Below, piece by piece: positions 1-11,415 of a stretch of DNA of 64,000 bases (position 1 is the first letter of the stretch; every line of letters starts with the position of its first letter). The translations under genes and the position numbers were made by a program. The notes beneath the pieces were generated by a model. It made no database searches. It was not told the DNA's origin and saw only the letters and a program-made list of their open reading frames with translations. This DNA comes from Syntrophorhabdales bacterium. GTDB taxonomy: Bacteria; Desulfobacterota; Syntrophorhabdia; Syntrophorhabdales; Syntrophorhabdaceae. The stretch covers positions 5,384 through 69,383 of the forward strand of contig JAGPMK010000001.1 of the NCBI GenBank assembly GCA_018052995.1, given 5' to 3'.

Positions 1-1709
<1,709 letters not shown>

Positions 1710-1721
1710 TTATCGTATTTG

Positions 1722-1750
1722 AGCATAACACAGTAAGGTGTATGAATCAA
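1722..1750 (-). promoter_or_regulatory. Putative sigma70-type promoter of eno (TTGATT-17-TATGCT)
   Basis: On the minus strand, -35 TTGATT lies at 1750-1745, followed by a 17-nt spacer and -10 TATGCT at 1727-1722, about 75 nt upstream of the eno ATG. Pattern match only. Confidence 0.35.
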
Positions 1751-1771
1751 ATATTTTTGGGTTTTTCTTGA

Positions 1772-1800
1772 TTGACAACAGGTTTTGCCTTATGTAATAT
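1772..1800 (+). promoter_or_regulatory. Putative promoter of purB (TTGACA-17-TAATAT) placing the TSS at or next to the purB ATG
   Basis: TTGACA at 1772-1777, 17-nt spacer, TAATAT at 1795-1800. The purB ATG is at 1808 and has no Shine-Dalgarno in the 7 nt between. Confidence 0.4.
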
Positions 1801-1807
1801 AAGACCC

Positions 1808-3100
1808 ATGATAAAGAGATACTCATTGAAAAGGATGACAGATATCTGGGAAGAGGAGAATAGGTTCAAAAAATGGCTCGACATAGAGCTCCTTATCTGT
1901 GAGGCATACGCAGACCTTGGTATAATCCCCTATGAAGACCTGAAAAACATCAAGGAAAGGGCAGGGTTTTCAGTAGAGAGGATACAGGAGATAGAGGCAA
2001 GAACCCGCCATGATGTTGTTGCCTTTATTGAATGTATCTCTGAATATATTGGCCCCTCTTCAAAATATGTCCATATGGGTGTGACATCCTCGGACATACT
2101 GGATACCTCATTTTCACTCCTCTTAAGAGAGGCATCAGATATCATAATAGATGATATAAAGGCATTTATGGATGTTCTTAAGGAAAATGCCTTTAGATAT
2201 AAGGAGCTGCCTATGATAGGGAGGACCCACGGTATCCACGCCGAGCCTATCACATTTGGCCTTAAGATGACACATTTCTATGATGAGATGAGAAGAAATC
2301 TTGAGAGGATGGAAGGGGCAAGAGAGAGGATAAACTACGGTAAGATATCTGGTGCGGTAGGGACATTTGCCCATGTCCAGCCATCCATTGAGTTATATGT
2401 GTGCAAAAAACTTGGCCTTAAGCCTGCACCTATATCCACCCAGATAATCCCGAGGGATTATTATGCAGAGCTTTTCACAACCCTCTCAATAATCGCCTCA
2501 TCCATAGAAAAGATGGCATTGGAGATAAGAAACCTCCAGAGGACAGAGGTAGGTGAGGTAGAGGAATACTTCCAGAAGGGTCAGACAGGCTCATCTGCCA
2601 TGCCCCATAAGAGGAACCCCATAGCATCAGAGAATCTCTGCGGACTTGCAAGGCTTATCCGGGGTTATGCTATGGCAGGCCTTGAAGATATCCCCCTGTG
2701 GCATGAAAGGGATATAAGCCATTCCTCTGTGGAGAGGATTATTGGCCCGGATGCAACAATACTCCTTGATTATATGCTTGAGCGTATAAAAAACATGTAT
2801 AAGAACCTCCTTGTCTATCCTGAGAGGATGGAGAAAAATCTTGAGATAACAAAGGGGCTCTATCATTCAGAGGCCGTGCTATTGAGCCTCATTAAAAAGG
2901 GGCTTACAAGGCAGGAGGCATATAGGCTAACCCAGGGTGTGGCTATGAGATGTTATGAGAATAGCCTTGATTTCAGGGATGAACTAAGAAAAGACCCGGA
3001 TATAAAAAAATACCTATCTGAAAAGGAGATAGATAGAATAACGGACAATAGCCATTACTTTAGATATGTTGACACCATATTTAAAAGGGTTTTTGGGTAA
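1808..3100 (+). CDS. purB: Adenylosuccinate lyase
   Basis: MIKRYSLKRMTDIWEEENRFKKWLDIELLICEAYADLGIIP aligns from residue 1 with Bacillus-type PurB (MIERYSRPEM...). The fumarate-lyase signature GSSAMPHKRNP is present. The TTG at 1772 in the ORF track is rejected as the start. Confidence 0.95.
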   Translation: MIKRYSLKRMTDIWEEENRFKKWLDIELLICEAYADLGIIPYEDLKNIKERAGFSVERIQEIEARTRHDVVAFIECISEYIGPSSKYVHMGVTSSDILDTSFSLLLREASDIIIDDIKAFMDVLKENAFRYKELPMIGRTHGIHAEPITFGLKMTHFYDEMRRNLERMEGARERINYGKISGAVGTFAHVQPSIELYVCKKLGLKPAPISTQIIPRDYYAELFTTLSIIASSIEKMALEIRNLQRTEVGEVEEYFQKGQTGSSAMPHKRNPIASENLCGLARLIRGYAMAGLEDIPLWHERDISHSSVERIIGPDATILLDYMLERIKNMYKNLLVYPERMEKNLEITKGLYHSEAVLLSLIKKGLTRQEAYRLTQGVAMRCYENSLDFRDELRKDPDIKKYLSEKEIDRITDNSHYFRYVDTIFKRVFG

Positions 3101-3103
3101 TAA

Positions 3104-4480
3104 TCAGAATACCCTGCCCCCCACCACAATCCTCGGTATTCTCAGTGTCGGCTGGGCATCTGAAACAGGGACCCCCTGACCATCCTTACCGCATGTGCCG
3201 ATACCAAAGCCAAGGTCATCCCCCACCATATCTATCTCTTTAAGGACAGTGAGCCCATTGCCCATCATGGTTGCATTTTTTATCATATCACCTATTTTTC
3301 CCTTATTTATTAGATAACCCTCTGAGATCTCAAAAACAAAGTCACCCCTTACTGTATCCACCTGGCCCCCGCCCATCTTTACAACATAGACACCATCATC
3401 AACAGATGAGATTATATCCTCTGGCTTATCGGCCCCAGGAAGAATCAGGGTATTGCTCATCCTGGGGATAGGTCTAAATCTAAATGATTCTCTCCTGCCA
3501 TTTCCTGTAGATTTTTTCTCGTATTTCATGGCGTGGAACCTGTCAAAGAGATAATTTTTAAGGATGCCCTTTTCAACAACTACCGTTCTCTCAGAGGGCA
3601 CACCCTCATCATCAAAGGCATATGTCCCCCGCATATGGGGGATTGTCTTATCATCCACCACCGTGATAAGTTCCGATGCAACCGGTTCACCAACCATACC
3701 CTTATAGCATGACATACCCTCCATGGCAAGGTCTGCCTCGAGCCCATGACCCACTGCCTCGTGAATCATGGTTCCCCCTGCCTCTGAGGCAAGAACAACG
3801 GTCTTTATACCCATTGGTGCCTCCCTTGCCCCCAGAAGACCTGACAGCCTCCTTACGGTTTTGGAGACAAGGTCTTCAATCCTTTCATCAGTGAAGAAAT
3901 CAAAGCCATAGAAACCGCCTATGGCATCATAGGCGGTCTGCAACTCTCCCCTCTCCTCTCCCACAACTGTTATATTCAGGACCACATGTTTTCTTATATC
4001 CTCAACCGCCATACCCTCGCTGTTGTATATTTTTATATCCTGACTGCTATCAATATATATGACCCTTACCTGTTTTATCCTTCCCTCCAGGGCCCTTGCC
4101 ATCTCATCGATCTTTTTTATCATCTGGAGTTTTTTTCCTATCTCTACATCCTTGGGGTCGACCAGTATGGAAAAGGGATACCCCGCCTGTATATGGATAA
4201 AATCCCTTATCGCCTTACTGCCATTTTCTTTCAAGGACTTTTTTAGCTCCTTTGATAATCCTACAAGGTGGGCATCCTCAAAGATATTTGTGGATGCAAA
4301 AAAGGTCTTCCATGGAGAGATTGTCCTTAGCCCCACACCCCTGTCTGCACCTTTCTCTATTTTTTCAAACCTCGATGATTCAAGCTGGATCCTTGTATAT
4401 TCTCTTTTCTCTGCGAATATATCCGCGTAGATGGAGTTGCCAGCTGTAAGGATTTTTATAATATTCCCTGGGTTGAACAT
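3104..4480 (-). CDS. tldD: TldD-family metalloprotease
   Basis: 458 aa with the HEAVGHGLEAD (HExxxH) motif and C-terminal GTCGKDGQ typical of TldD/PmbA. SD GGGAGG lies 9 nt upstream. Confidence 0.9.
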   Translation of the reverse strand: MFNPGNIIKILTAGNSIYADIFAEKREYTRIQLESSRFEKIEKGADRGVGLRTISPWKTFFASTNIFEDAHLVGLSKELKKSLKENGSKAIRDFIHIQAGYPFSILVDPKDVEIGKKLQMIKKIDEMARALEGRIKQVRVIYIDSSQDIKIYNSEGMAVEDIRKHVVLNITVVGEERGELQTAYDAIGGFYGFDFFTDERIEDLVSKTVRRLSGLLGAREAPMGIKTVVLASEAGGTMIHEAVGHGLEADLAMEGMSCYKGMVGEPVASELITVVDDKTIPHMRGTYAFDDEGVPSERTVVVEKGILKNYLFDRFHAMKYEKKSTGNGRRESFRFRPIPRMSNTLILPGADKPEDIISSVDDGVYVVKMGGGQVDTVRGDFVFEISEGYLINKGKIGDMIKNATMMGNGLTVLKEIDMVGDDLGFGIGTCGKDGQGVPVSDAQPTLRIPRIVVGGRVF

Positions 4481-4481
4481 A

Positions 4482-4694
4482 CTAATCTACCTCCCTGTAA
4501 TCAATCCCATAGTTTTTCATATCCTTCATAATACCTATAAGGTCTTCTTCAAAAAACTCAGAATATATAATCTCAATAAGACCTATTGGGCCATCTATAA
4601 CAGAAAGTATACCTATGTCTTCGTAGGATTCGAGGATGGATTTAAGAAATCCAATCATTTCACGCCTGACGATGAACCTCCTTATCTTTTCCAC
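4482..4694 (-). CDS. Small conserved hypothetical protein, DUF4911-like (70 aa)
   Basis: GTG start directly after the TAG of the upstream gene, with AAGGAG 5 nt upstream. Its stop lies 1 nt before the tldD ATG. The sequence (IVRREMIGFLKSILESYEDIGILSVID...) resembles my memory of DUF4911; family assignment is unverified. Confidence 0.55.
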   Translation of the reverse strand: MEKIRRFIVRREMIGFLKSILESYEDIGILSVIDGPIGLIEIIYSEFFEEDLIGIMKDMKNYGIDYREVD

Positions 4695-5681
4695 CTAATC
4701 TCCTTGGTCTTTCAGCATCTCTACAAATGCCTCGAGCCTCATCCTCTGTCTTGAATCAAGGGGTCTTGGAAGCTCGCCTTCTATGGTGAGGATAGGGCAG
4801 TCAATAGTCTCTCTCAGTATCACATCCTCCATTATCCTGTAGCAAAATGACTGGATATAGTGGATTATACCCCTTATGTCCCTTTTTTTTATCTCTGCCT
4901 TTATATCATCGAGTCTCGGGAAGATGCCATAGGGATATGTATAGTTGCGGTAGCGTTCCACAATATCAGTTGTCATAAAGGGCATGCTGAATTGTCTTTG
5001 CGTTTCATTATATATAACATGACCACCTATAGTGCCAACAAATTGATAGAGGTCCGTCATGATTGGGGGAATACCTATAAAACCAATTCCTACACCCTCT
5101 ATGGGGTCTCTTTTGCCTGCCTCATCAATAAAATCCTGCGCCATCTTGTTGTATAGCCTGTAATCCCCGAGCATGTCTGATGACCTGACAAGCCACAAGT
5201 GGTTTTCATAACCTGTAACAAGCCTGTCCTGCCATGTCATCCTGTCTATCTCGTGGAGCCTTTTCCTCACACCCTCTATCGCTATCTCTGTTGCCCTGAG
5301 CCTTCCATTGTCCACGCTAAAGACCGCCATGAGCTTGTCTATCTCTCTTTTGATAACATCCCTATCCCTGTCAAAGGGGAATGAAAAGGGGATAATATTT
5401 ATACCCTTAAATTGCAGTATCTCTGCCAGTGCCTGGGTATTACTACAGTCTCCCTCCATGACCGCTATTATATTATTTATTTTCTTCTCTATTACAACGC
5501 CATAGATGCCTTTTATCCAATTGCACATGCCCTTGGGAAACCCGTCTCTCTCAGCCCTTTCTATATAATGCATAGGCTCGGGGTCTGTAATAAAGATATT
5601 ATTTAGGTCGCAGGGCGTGAACCCCCCGGCAAAGAGTATCTCAGAGGGGATTGTTGTTGTGAATCCAATTATCCTATCCAT
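4695..5681 (-). CDS. 2-hydroxyacyl-CoA dehydratase / benzoyl-CoA reductase BcrB-BadD-HgdB-like (HGD-D family) protein, single short subunit (328 aa)
   Basis: N-terminus IIGFTTTIPSEILFAGGFTPCDL, plus GMCNW, GDCSNT and SFCY Cys contexts typical of the HGD-D fold. The start overlaps the rsmA stop by 8 nt. Confidence 0.75.
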   Translation of the reverse strand: MDRIIGFTTTIPSEILFAGGFTPCDLNNIFITDPEPMHYIERAERDGFPKGMCNWIKGIYGVVIEKKINNIIAVMEGDCSNTQALAEILQFKGINIIPFSFPFDRDRDVIKREIDKLMAVFSVDNGRLRATEIAIEGVRKRLHEIDRMTWQDRLVTGYENHLWLVRSSDMLGDYRLYNKMAQDFIDEAGKRDPIEGVGIGFIGIPPIMTDLYQFVGTIGGHVIYNETQRQFSMPFMTTDIVERYRNYTYPYGIFPRLDDIKAEIKKRDIRGIIHYIQSFCYRIMEDVILRETIDCPILTIEGELPRPLDSRQRMRLEAFVEMLKDQGD

Positions 5682-6453
5682 GTAAAAACCTGTATATCTC
5701 CTTAAATCTCTTGGGCTCTATCTCTTCAGCCCTTATCTTATGTGGTAACCCCATTGCCCTGTATAAGCCAGTTATCTCTTCAGGGCTATAGTGTCGCATC
5801 AGGGTGTTTTTCAGGTATTTTCTCCTATTCTCAAAGCATAGCCTTATAAATCTTAACAACCCATCTGGTATATCATGGTAATCTTTTTTGAATACCATTG
5901 AAAAGAATACACTGTCAACCTTTGGCGGTGGCACAAATATGGAGGGTTTTAATCTCATAAGGATTTTTATATCAGCTATTAGCTGGCATATAACAGAAAG
6001 GGCGCCATATGCCTTATTCGCAGGGCATGAGGCTATCCGTTCCCCTATCTCCCTCTGGACTGTTAAAAACATACTATCCACTACATCCCTCTCATATATT
6101 ATCTTGAAGATAATAGGGGCTGTAATCTTATATGGTATGTTCCCGAAGACCTTTATCTTTTTATTCTCTGTGAAATTATAGAAATCTATAAGCTGCGTAT
6201 CAAGGAAGTCGCCGAAGATTACCCTTAGGTTGCTGTGCCTCTCCATAAGTGGCTCTAGGTGTCTACTAAATGTCCTGTCTATCTCTATGGCATAAACAAA
6301 ACCTGCCCTTTCGCATAGGCATTCTGTAAGGTCGCCCTGCCCTGCCCCTATCTCTACCACTATATCATGGCTGCCTACACCTGAAAGCCTGACTATCTTT
6401 TCGAGGATATTTCTGTCTTTTATGAGATGCTGGGATAGGTATTTTTTTAACAC
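5674..6453 (-). CDS. rsmA: 16S rRNA (adenine1518/1519-N6)-dimethyltransferase
   Basis: QHLIKDRNILEKIV...VVEIGAGQGDLT SAM motif, GNIPYKITAPIIFK, and overall KsgA length of 259 aa. Confidence 0.92.
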   Translation of the reverse strand: MLKKYLSQHLIKDRNILEKIVRLSGVGSHDIVVEIGAGQGDLTECLCERAGFVYAIEIDRTFSRHLEPLMERHSNLRVIFGDFLDTQLIDFYNFTENKKIKVFGNIPYKITAPIIFKIIYERDVVDSMFLTVQREIGERIASCPANKAYGALSVICQLIADIKILMRLKPSIFVPPPKVDSVFFSMVFKKDYHDIPDGLLRFIRLCFENRRKYLKNTLMRHYSPEEITGLYRAMGLPHKIRAEEIEPKRFKEIYRFLHG

Positions 6454-6468
6454 AGATATGCTTCCAAT

Positions 6469-7470
6469 CTATGCAACCACCATCTTCATTCTGGAAAAAC
6501 CTCTGATATCAAGGGGGGAGATGAGCCCTTTTTCAAGATAGTAAGACCCTGTTATGGCAATCATAGCGGCATTATCAGTGCAATAGAGGGGTGATGGAAA
6601 ATAAAAAGAGATCCCATATGTTTCTGCCTTTTCCTTGAAGATCTCCCTTAGTCTTGAGTTTGATGCAACGCCTCCACCTATGATAATCCTTTTTATCCCA
6701 TATCTCTTCACTGCCTTTAATGCCTTCCTCCACAGGGTGTCAAACACTGCCTCCTGAAAGGATGCAAGGACATCAGGCAGGTTATCCTCAGTTATTATAT
6801 TTTTTTTTGTCCAGTTTATAAAGGCGGTTTTGAGGCCGCTAAAGCTGAAATCAAGGTTATCCTCATCAGTCATGGGTCTTGGAAAGATTATGAAATCCTT
6901 TTTTCCTGTTCTCGATAGCCTGTCTATAACCTGACCACCAGGATAGCCTATGCCGAGAAATTTTGCTACCTTGTCGAATGCCTCTCCTGCTGCATCATCC
7001 CTTGTGCTACCAATAACACTGTATCTGCATGGTTCATGGAAGAGAAGGATTGTTGTATGGCCCCCTGATACTACAAGACCAATAAAGGGAAATTCTATCT
7101 CCTCTTCAAGAAATATACTCATGGCATGCGCCTCTACGTGGTTTATGCCTATTAAGGGGGTCTTGAGGGATAAGGCAAGCCCTTTTGCAAAACAAAGCCC
7201 TACAATGATAGAGCCAATAAGGCCTGGACAGTTTGTTACGCATATAGCATCTATAGATTTTGGGGATATACCTGCCTCGGCTATGGCAGCACTATATATG
7301 CTGCCTATCAGCTCTACGTGCCTTCTTGAGGCAATCTCTGGGACAACCCCCCCAAAGACCTTGTGGAGATCTGCCTGGCTCGATACAATATTGGAAAGTA
7401 TATTGTTTCTGTTCTCTAGTATTGCTATTGACGTATCATCGCAGGATGTATCTATACCCAGTATTATCAT
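6469..7470 (-). CDS. tsaD: tRNA N6-adenosine threonylcarbamoyltransferase
   Basis: MIILGIDTSCDDTSIAI..., the HVEAH metal motif and VSGGHT are typical of the Kae1/TsaD family. Confidence 0.95.
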   Translation of the reverse strand: MIILGIDTSCDDTSIAILENRNNILSNIVSSQADLHKVFGGVVPEIASRRHVELIGSIYSAAIAEAGISPKSIDAICVTNCPGLIGSIIVGLCFAKGLALSLKTPLIGINHVEAHAMSIFLEEEIEFPFIGLVVSGGHTTILLFHEPCRYSVIGSTRDDAAGEAFDKVAKFLGIGYPGGQVIDRLSRTGKKDFIIFPRPMTDEDNLDFSFSGLKTAFINWTKKNIITEDNLPDVLASFQEAVFDTLWRKALKAVKRYGIKRIIIGGGVASNSRLREIFKEKAETYGISFYFPSPLYCTDNAAMIAITGSYYLEKGLISPLDIRGFSRMKMVVA

Positions 7471-7557
7471 AACAATAGTAAATCAGACCATAGTCTGAAG
7501 CCTGAAGACCCTTTAATCGTTAAGGTGCTATCTATATCTTATAACCACTATTCACGC

Positions 7558-8946
7558 CTATATCTCCTGCCAAAAGATCTCTATTTTTTCTTTCTTTCTT
7601 AGATCCTTGAGTAGGGCTCTAACAAATTCCTCACCCTTTTTTGTGACAAGAAACCTCTTGTACTGTTCTTTTTCGTTTTCCCATTCCTTTTTATCAGGTA
7701 GTTTCTCATCCCTGTAGGAAAATATATAATATCTGCCCGAGATCTCTATCGCCTTGTTATATATAGGGTTCTTTTCAGAGAGAGAAAATACACCTATATG
7801 TTCCTGTGGAATTGCACCTATGCCAGGGATGGAGTTGGAGCGCCTTGGCATGAAACCTGTAGCCTTTGCACCCTTGAAATCTTTTTTTGCAAGGGCATCT
7901 TCTGCAACGGACTTTGCATATTGCCTTGCCTTTTCCATGGCAATCCTTTCCCTTAATATCTTCAAGGCAGTTGCCTTGTCAAAGGGCTTACCTGGCTCAA
8001 CATCGATGAGTTTAAATATATAAGCCTTTGAATCTTCTCTTACAGGCAGCGATACATCGCCCTTTTTCATGTCCTTTAACCACTCTGCGATATTAAGGTT
8101 TCTAAATCTTTTGAGTATCTCGCTCTCCTTTATATATCCAAGGTCTACAACTGATAGGCCATTTTTTTTTGCATAGGCATCTATGTCCTCTGTCTTAAGG
8201 AGGTCCATATAAACAACATCATCCTTAATGCCTGATCCTCCATCAATTATAATGTATTTCAGTCTATATGCATTTTCATTCTTGAATGAATTCTTTTCTT
8301 TTTCATATAGCTCTTCTATCTCCTTATCGGTGATATTGACCCTGCCTGTATAGTCTTTGGGGTCATATACCTTATAAAACATATCTATCTTGCCTTTTTC
8401 ATCTACGTATGCCCTCCAGATTTCATCATTGTCAATGAATACGCCATTGTCAATGAGTATATTGATCAACCTTGATGTAATAATGGATACCCTTTCACCC
8501 TCTTCAAATCTCTTGGGATCAAGGTTGTTTCTTCTTAGTATCTCTTCATATGCCTTCTGGCTGAACCTCCCATCCCTCCTGAATGCATTCATTCCGGTTA
8601 TATAATCATTGAGTTCCCTGTCATAGACCTTTAGACCTGCCTTCTTGGCATTTATAAGGATAACATATCTATCAATCAGTTCATCCATGACCTTTTCTTT
8701 GATTTTAAGTGATTTCATAGTATTTTCGTCTAGGCTGTCTTTATATATCATCTTGTAGATATTGAGAAATCTGTTATATGTATCTGCGTATTCAGTGTAA
8801 TATACCTTATACCCTCCAACCTTAGCAACTATCTTTTCCCTTTCTCTGAAAGAACCTACCCCCCAGAAAATAAAGACAATTATAATAATACCGAATATAG
8901 CCTTTATCATAAAACCAGTTGCATGTCTTCTCATAAATTTTAACAT
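7558..8946 (-). CDS. PpiD/SurA_N-like periplasmic chaperone (N-terminal membrane anchor; no clear parvulin signature seen)
   Basis: Start trimmed to the ATG at 8946 (MLKFMRRHATGFMIKAIFGIIIIVFIFWGV, a TM anchor as in PpiD). The upstream 48 codons of the track ORF look non-coding. Confidence 0.7.
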   Translation of the reverse strand: MLKFMRRHATGFMIKAIFGIIIIVFIFWGVGSFREREKIVAKVGGYKVYYTEYADTYNRFLNIYKMIYKDSLDENTMKSLKIKEKVMDELIDRYVILINAKKAGLKVYDRELNDYITGMNAFRRDGRFSQKAYEEILRRNNLDPKRFEEGERVSIITSRLINILIDNGVFIDNDEIWRAYVDEKGKIDMFYKVYDPKDYTGRVNITDKEIEELYEKEKNSFKNENAYRLKYIIIDGGSGIKDDVVYMDLLKTEDIDAYAKKNGLSVVDLGYIKESEILKRFRNLNIAEWLKDMKKGDVSLPVREDSKAYIFKLIDVEPGKPFDKATALKILRERIAMEKARQYAKSVAEDALAKKDFKGAKATGFMPRRSNSIPGIGAIPQEHIGVFSLSEKNPIYNKAIEISGRYYIFSYRDEKLPDKKEWENEKEQYKRFLVTKKGEEFVRALLKDLRKKEKIEIFWQEI

Positions 8947-8963
8947 TACGTCACCCTGCCTTA

Positions 8964-10087
<1,124 letters not shown>

Positions 10088-10099
10088 AAACCTAAGGCA

Positions 10100-10906
10100 T
10101 TGAAGACCCCCTTAATAATCATTATAATTGCAGTGTTGGTGCTTACTGTCTCATTCTTTATTTTTACCAGGACGCCTATATTTGTAAACAATTACTTAAA
10201 AATTAAGATTTCTTGTGGTGAGATAGTAGGTCCTGCCTTAAGATTACTAAAAGAGCCCTTTACGGGTGCCAGATACATATTTAATACATATATGAATCTT
10301 ATTGATGCAAAAAAAGAGAATTATTTATTAAAGAAAAGGATAGATGAATTACTCCTTGAAAATCAGAGGATACCGGAATTGGAGCAGGAGAATAGAAGAT
10401 TAAAGACTATACTTAAGCTTGCTGAGTCAAATCCAGGTACATCGGTGGTGGCAAAGGTGATTGGAGAGGACCTAAAAAACTGGTTCAAATGTATCATCGT
10501 AGATAAGGGAAGGGACCATGGCATAAATGAAAAGATGCCTGTGATAACACCCAAGGGGATTGTTGGGCAGGTTGTAGAGGTTAATAAATGGCATTCCAAG
10601 GTAATGATTATCAACGATACGAATTCATCAGTAGATGTGAACATTGAGGGCAGGGATACAAGGGGTGTCCTCGAAGGCACAGGATATACAGTATTAAAGT
10701 TAAAATATATAACAAAAAATGATGAGGTTGAGGTAGGGGATAAGCTTGTGACCTCAGGCAAGGATAGCATCTACCCAAAAGGCATACCAACAGGGATAAT
10801 AATAGCCATCGATAAGCAAAAGGCAGGGATATTTTACGATATAGATGTGATGCCCTATAATAATTTTAAAAGGCTTGAAGAGGTGATGATCCTAAGGAAG
10901 AGATGA
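10100..10906 (+). CDS. mreC: Rod-shape-determining protein MreC
   Basis: TTG start after AAGG. It has an N-terminal TM segment, a coiled-coil (LLKKRIDELLLENQRIPELEQENRRLK) and a C-terminal beta domain (VVTSGKDSIYPKGIPTG...). Position is between mreB and mreD. Confidence 0.85.
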   Translation: MKTPLIIIIIAVLVLTVSFFIFTRTPIFVNNYLKIKISCGEIVGPALRLLKEPFTGARYIFNTYMNLIDAKKENYLLKKRIDELLLENQRIPELEQENRRLKTILKLAESNPGTSVVAKVIGEDLKNWFKCIIVDKGRDHGINEKMPVITPKGIVGQVVEVNKWHSKVMIINDTNSSVDVNIEGRDTRGVLEGTGYTVLKLKYITKNDEVEVGDKLVTSGKDSIYPKGIPTGIIIAIDKQKAGIFYDIDVMPYNNFKRLEEVMILRKR

Positions 10907-11394
10907 AGGTATCCATATATATCCTAACAGGGTTTTTTTGTGCTGTAATTGAGTCATCAATCCTTTCATTTATCCCTGCAGAGTTCCTAAAACCTGATGT
11001 AACCATGCCCTTTGTAATGTATAATATCTTTTTTCTTTCACCCCAGGCAGGGTTAATCACATCTGTTGCCATGGGCATGATACAGGAGATTTTATCAAAT
11101 GCACCTGATGGCTCAATGATATTTACAAAAATGACCATTTTTATCTTTGCATTATTCTTTAAAAACAAGCTTTACATAAACTCAAAGTTTAGCTTTTCCT
11201 ATATATGCGCTGGGGCCGTGATAGCAGAATCATTCATATATCTTGTTCTCTCATGGCTTTTACGGGGAGAGTCCGGAAAGGCAGAGAATGTCCTGTTTTT
11301 TATGCTCCCTAACGCAATCTTTACAGGGTTTATAGCTATTTTTATATTTTCTTTTATCGGATTCCTTAATACAAAATATTTTGTCAGGGAATGA
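10903..11394 (+). CDS. mreD: Rod-shape-determining protein MreD (polytopic membrane protein)
   Basis: ATGA overlap with mreC. It is a 163-aa hydrophobic protein in the canonical mreBCD position. Confidence 0.75.
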   Translation: MKVSIYILTGFFCAVIESSILSFIPAEFLKPDVTMPFVMYNIFFLSPQAGLITSVAMGMIQEILSNAPDGSMIFTKMTIFIFALFFKNKLYINSKFSFSYICAGAVIAESFIYLVLSWLLRGESGKAENVLFFMLPNAIFTGFIAIFIFSFIGFLNTKYFVRE

Positions 11395-11415
11395 GATAAT
11401 TATCAAATTAGAGGG

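Noticed and set aside
6950-7498. 182-aa ORF antisense to tsaD. Similar antisense ORFs lie within mreB (9586-10038), hbd (27083-27613), crotonase (27997-28596), the hexokinase (34242-34739) and the CoA-transferase genes (17990-18403, 18620-19021).
   Set aside because: Each is nested in a confidently identified gene on the other strand. None has a start context or a recognisable domain.
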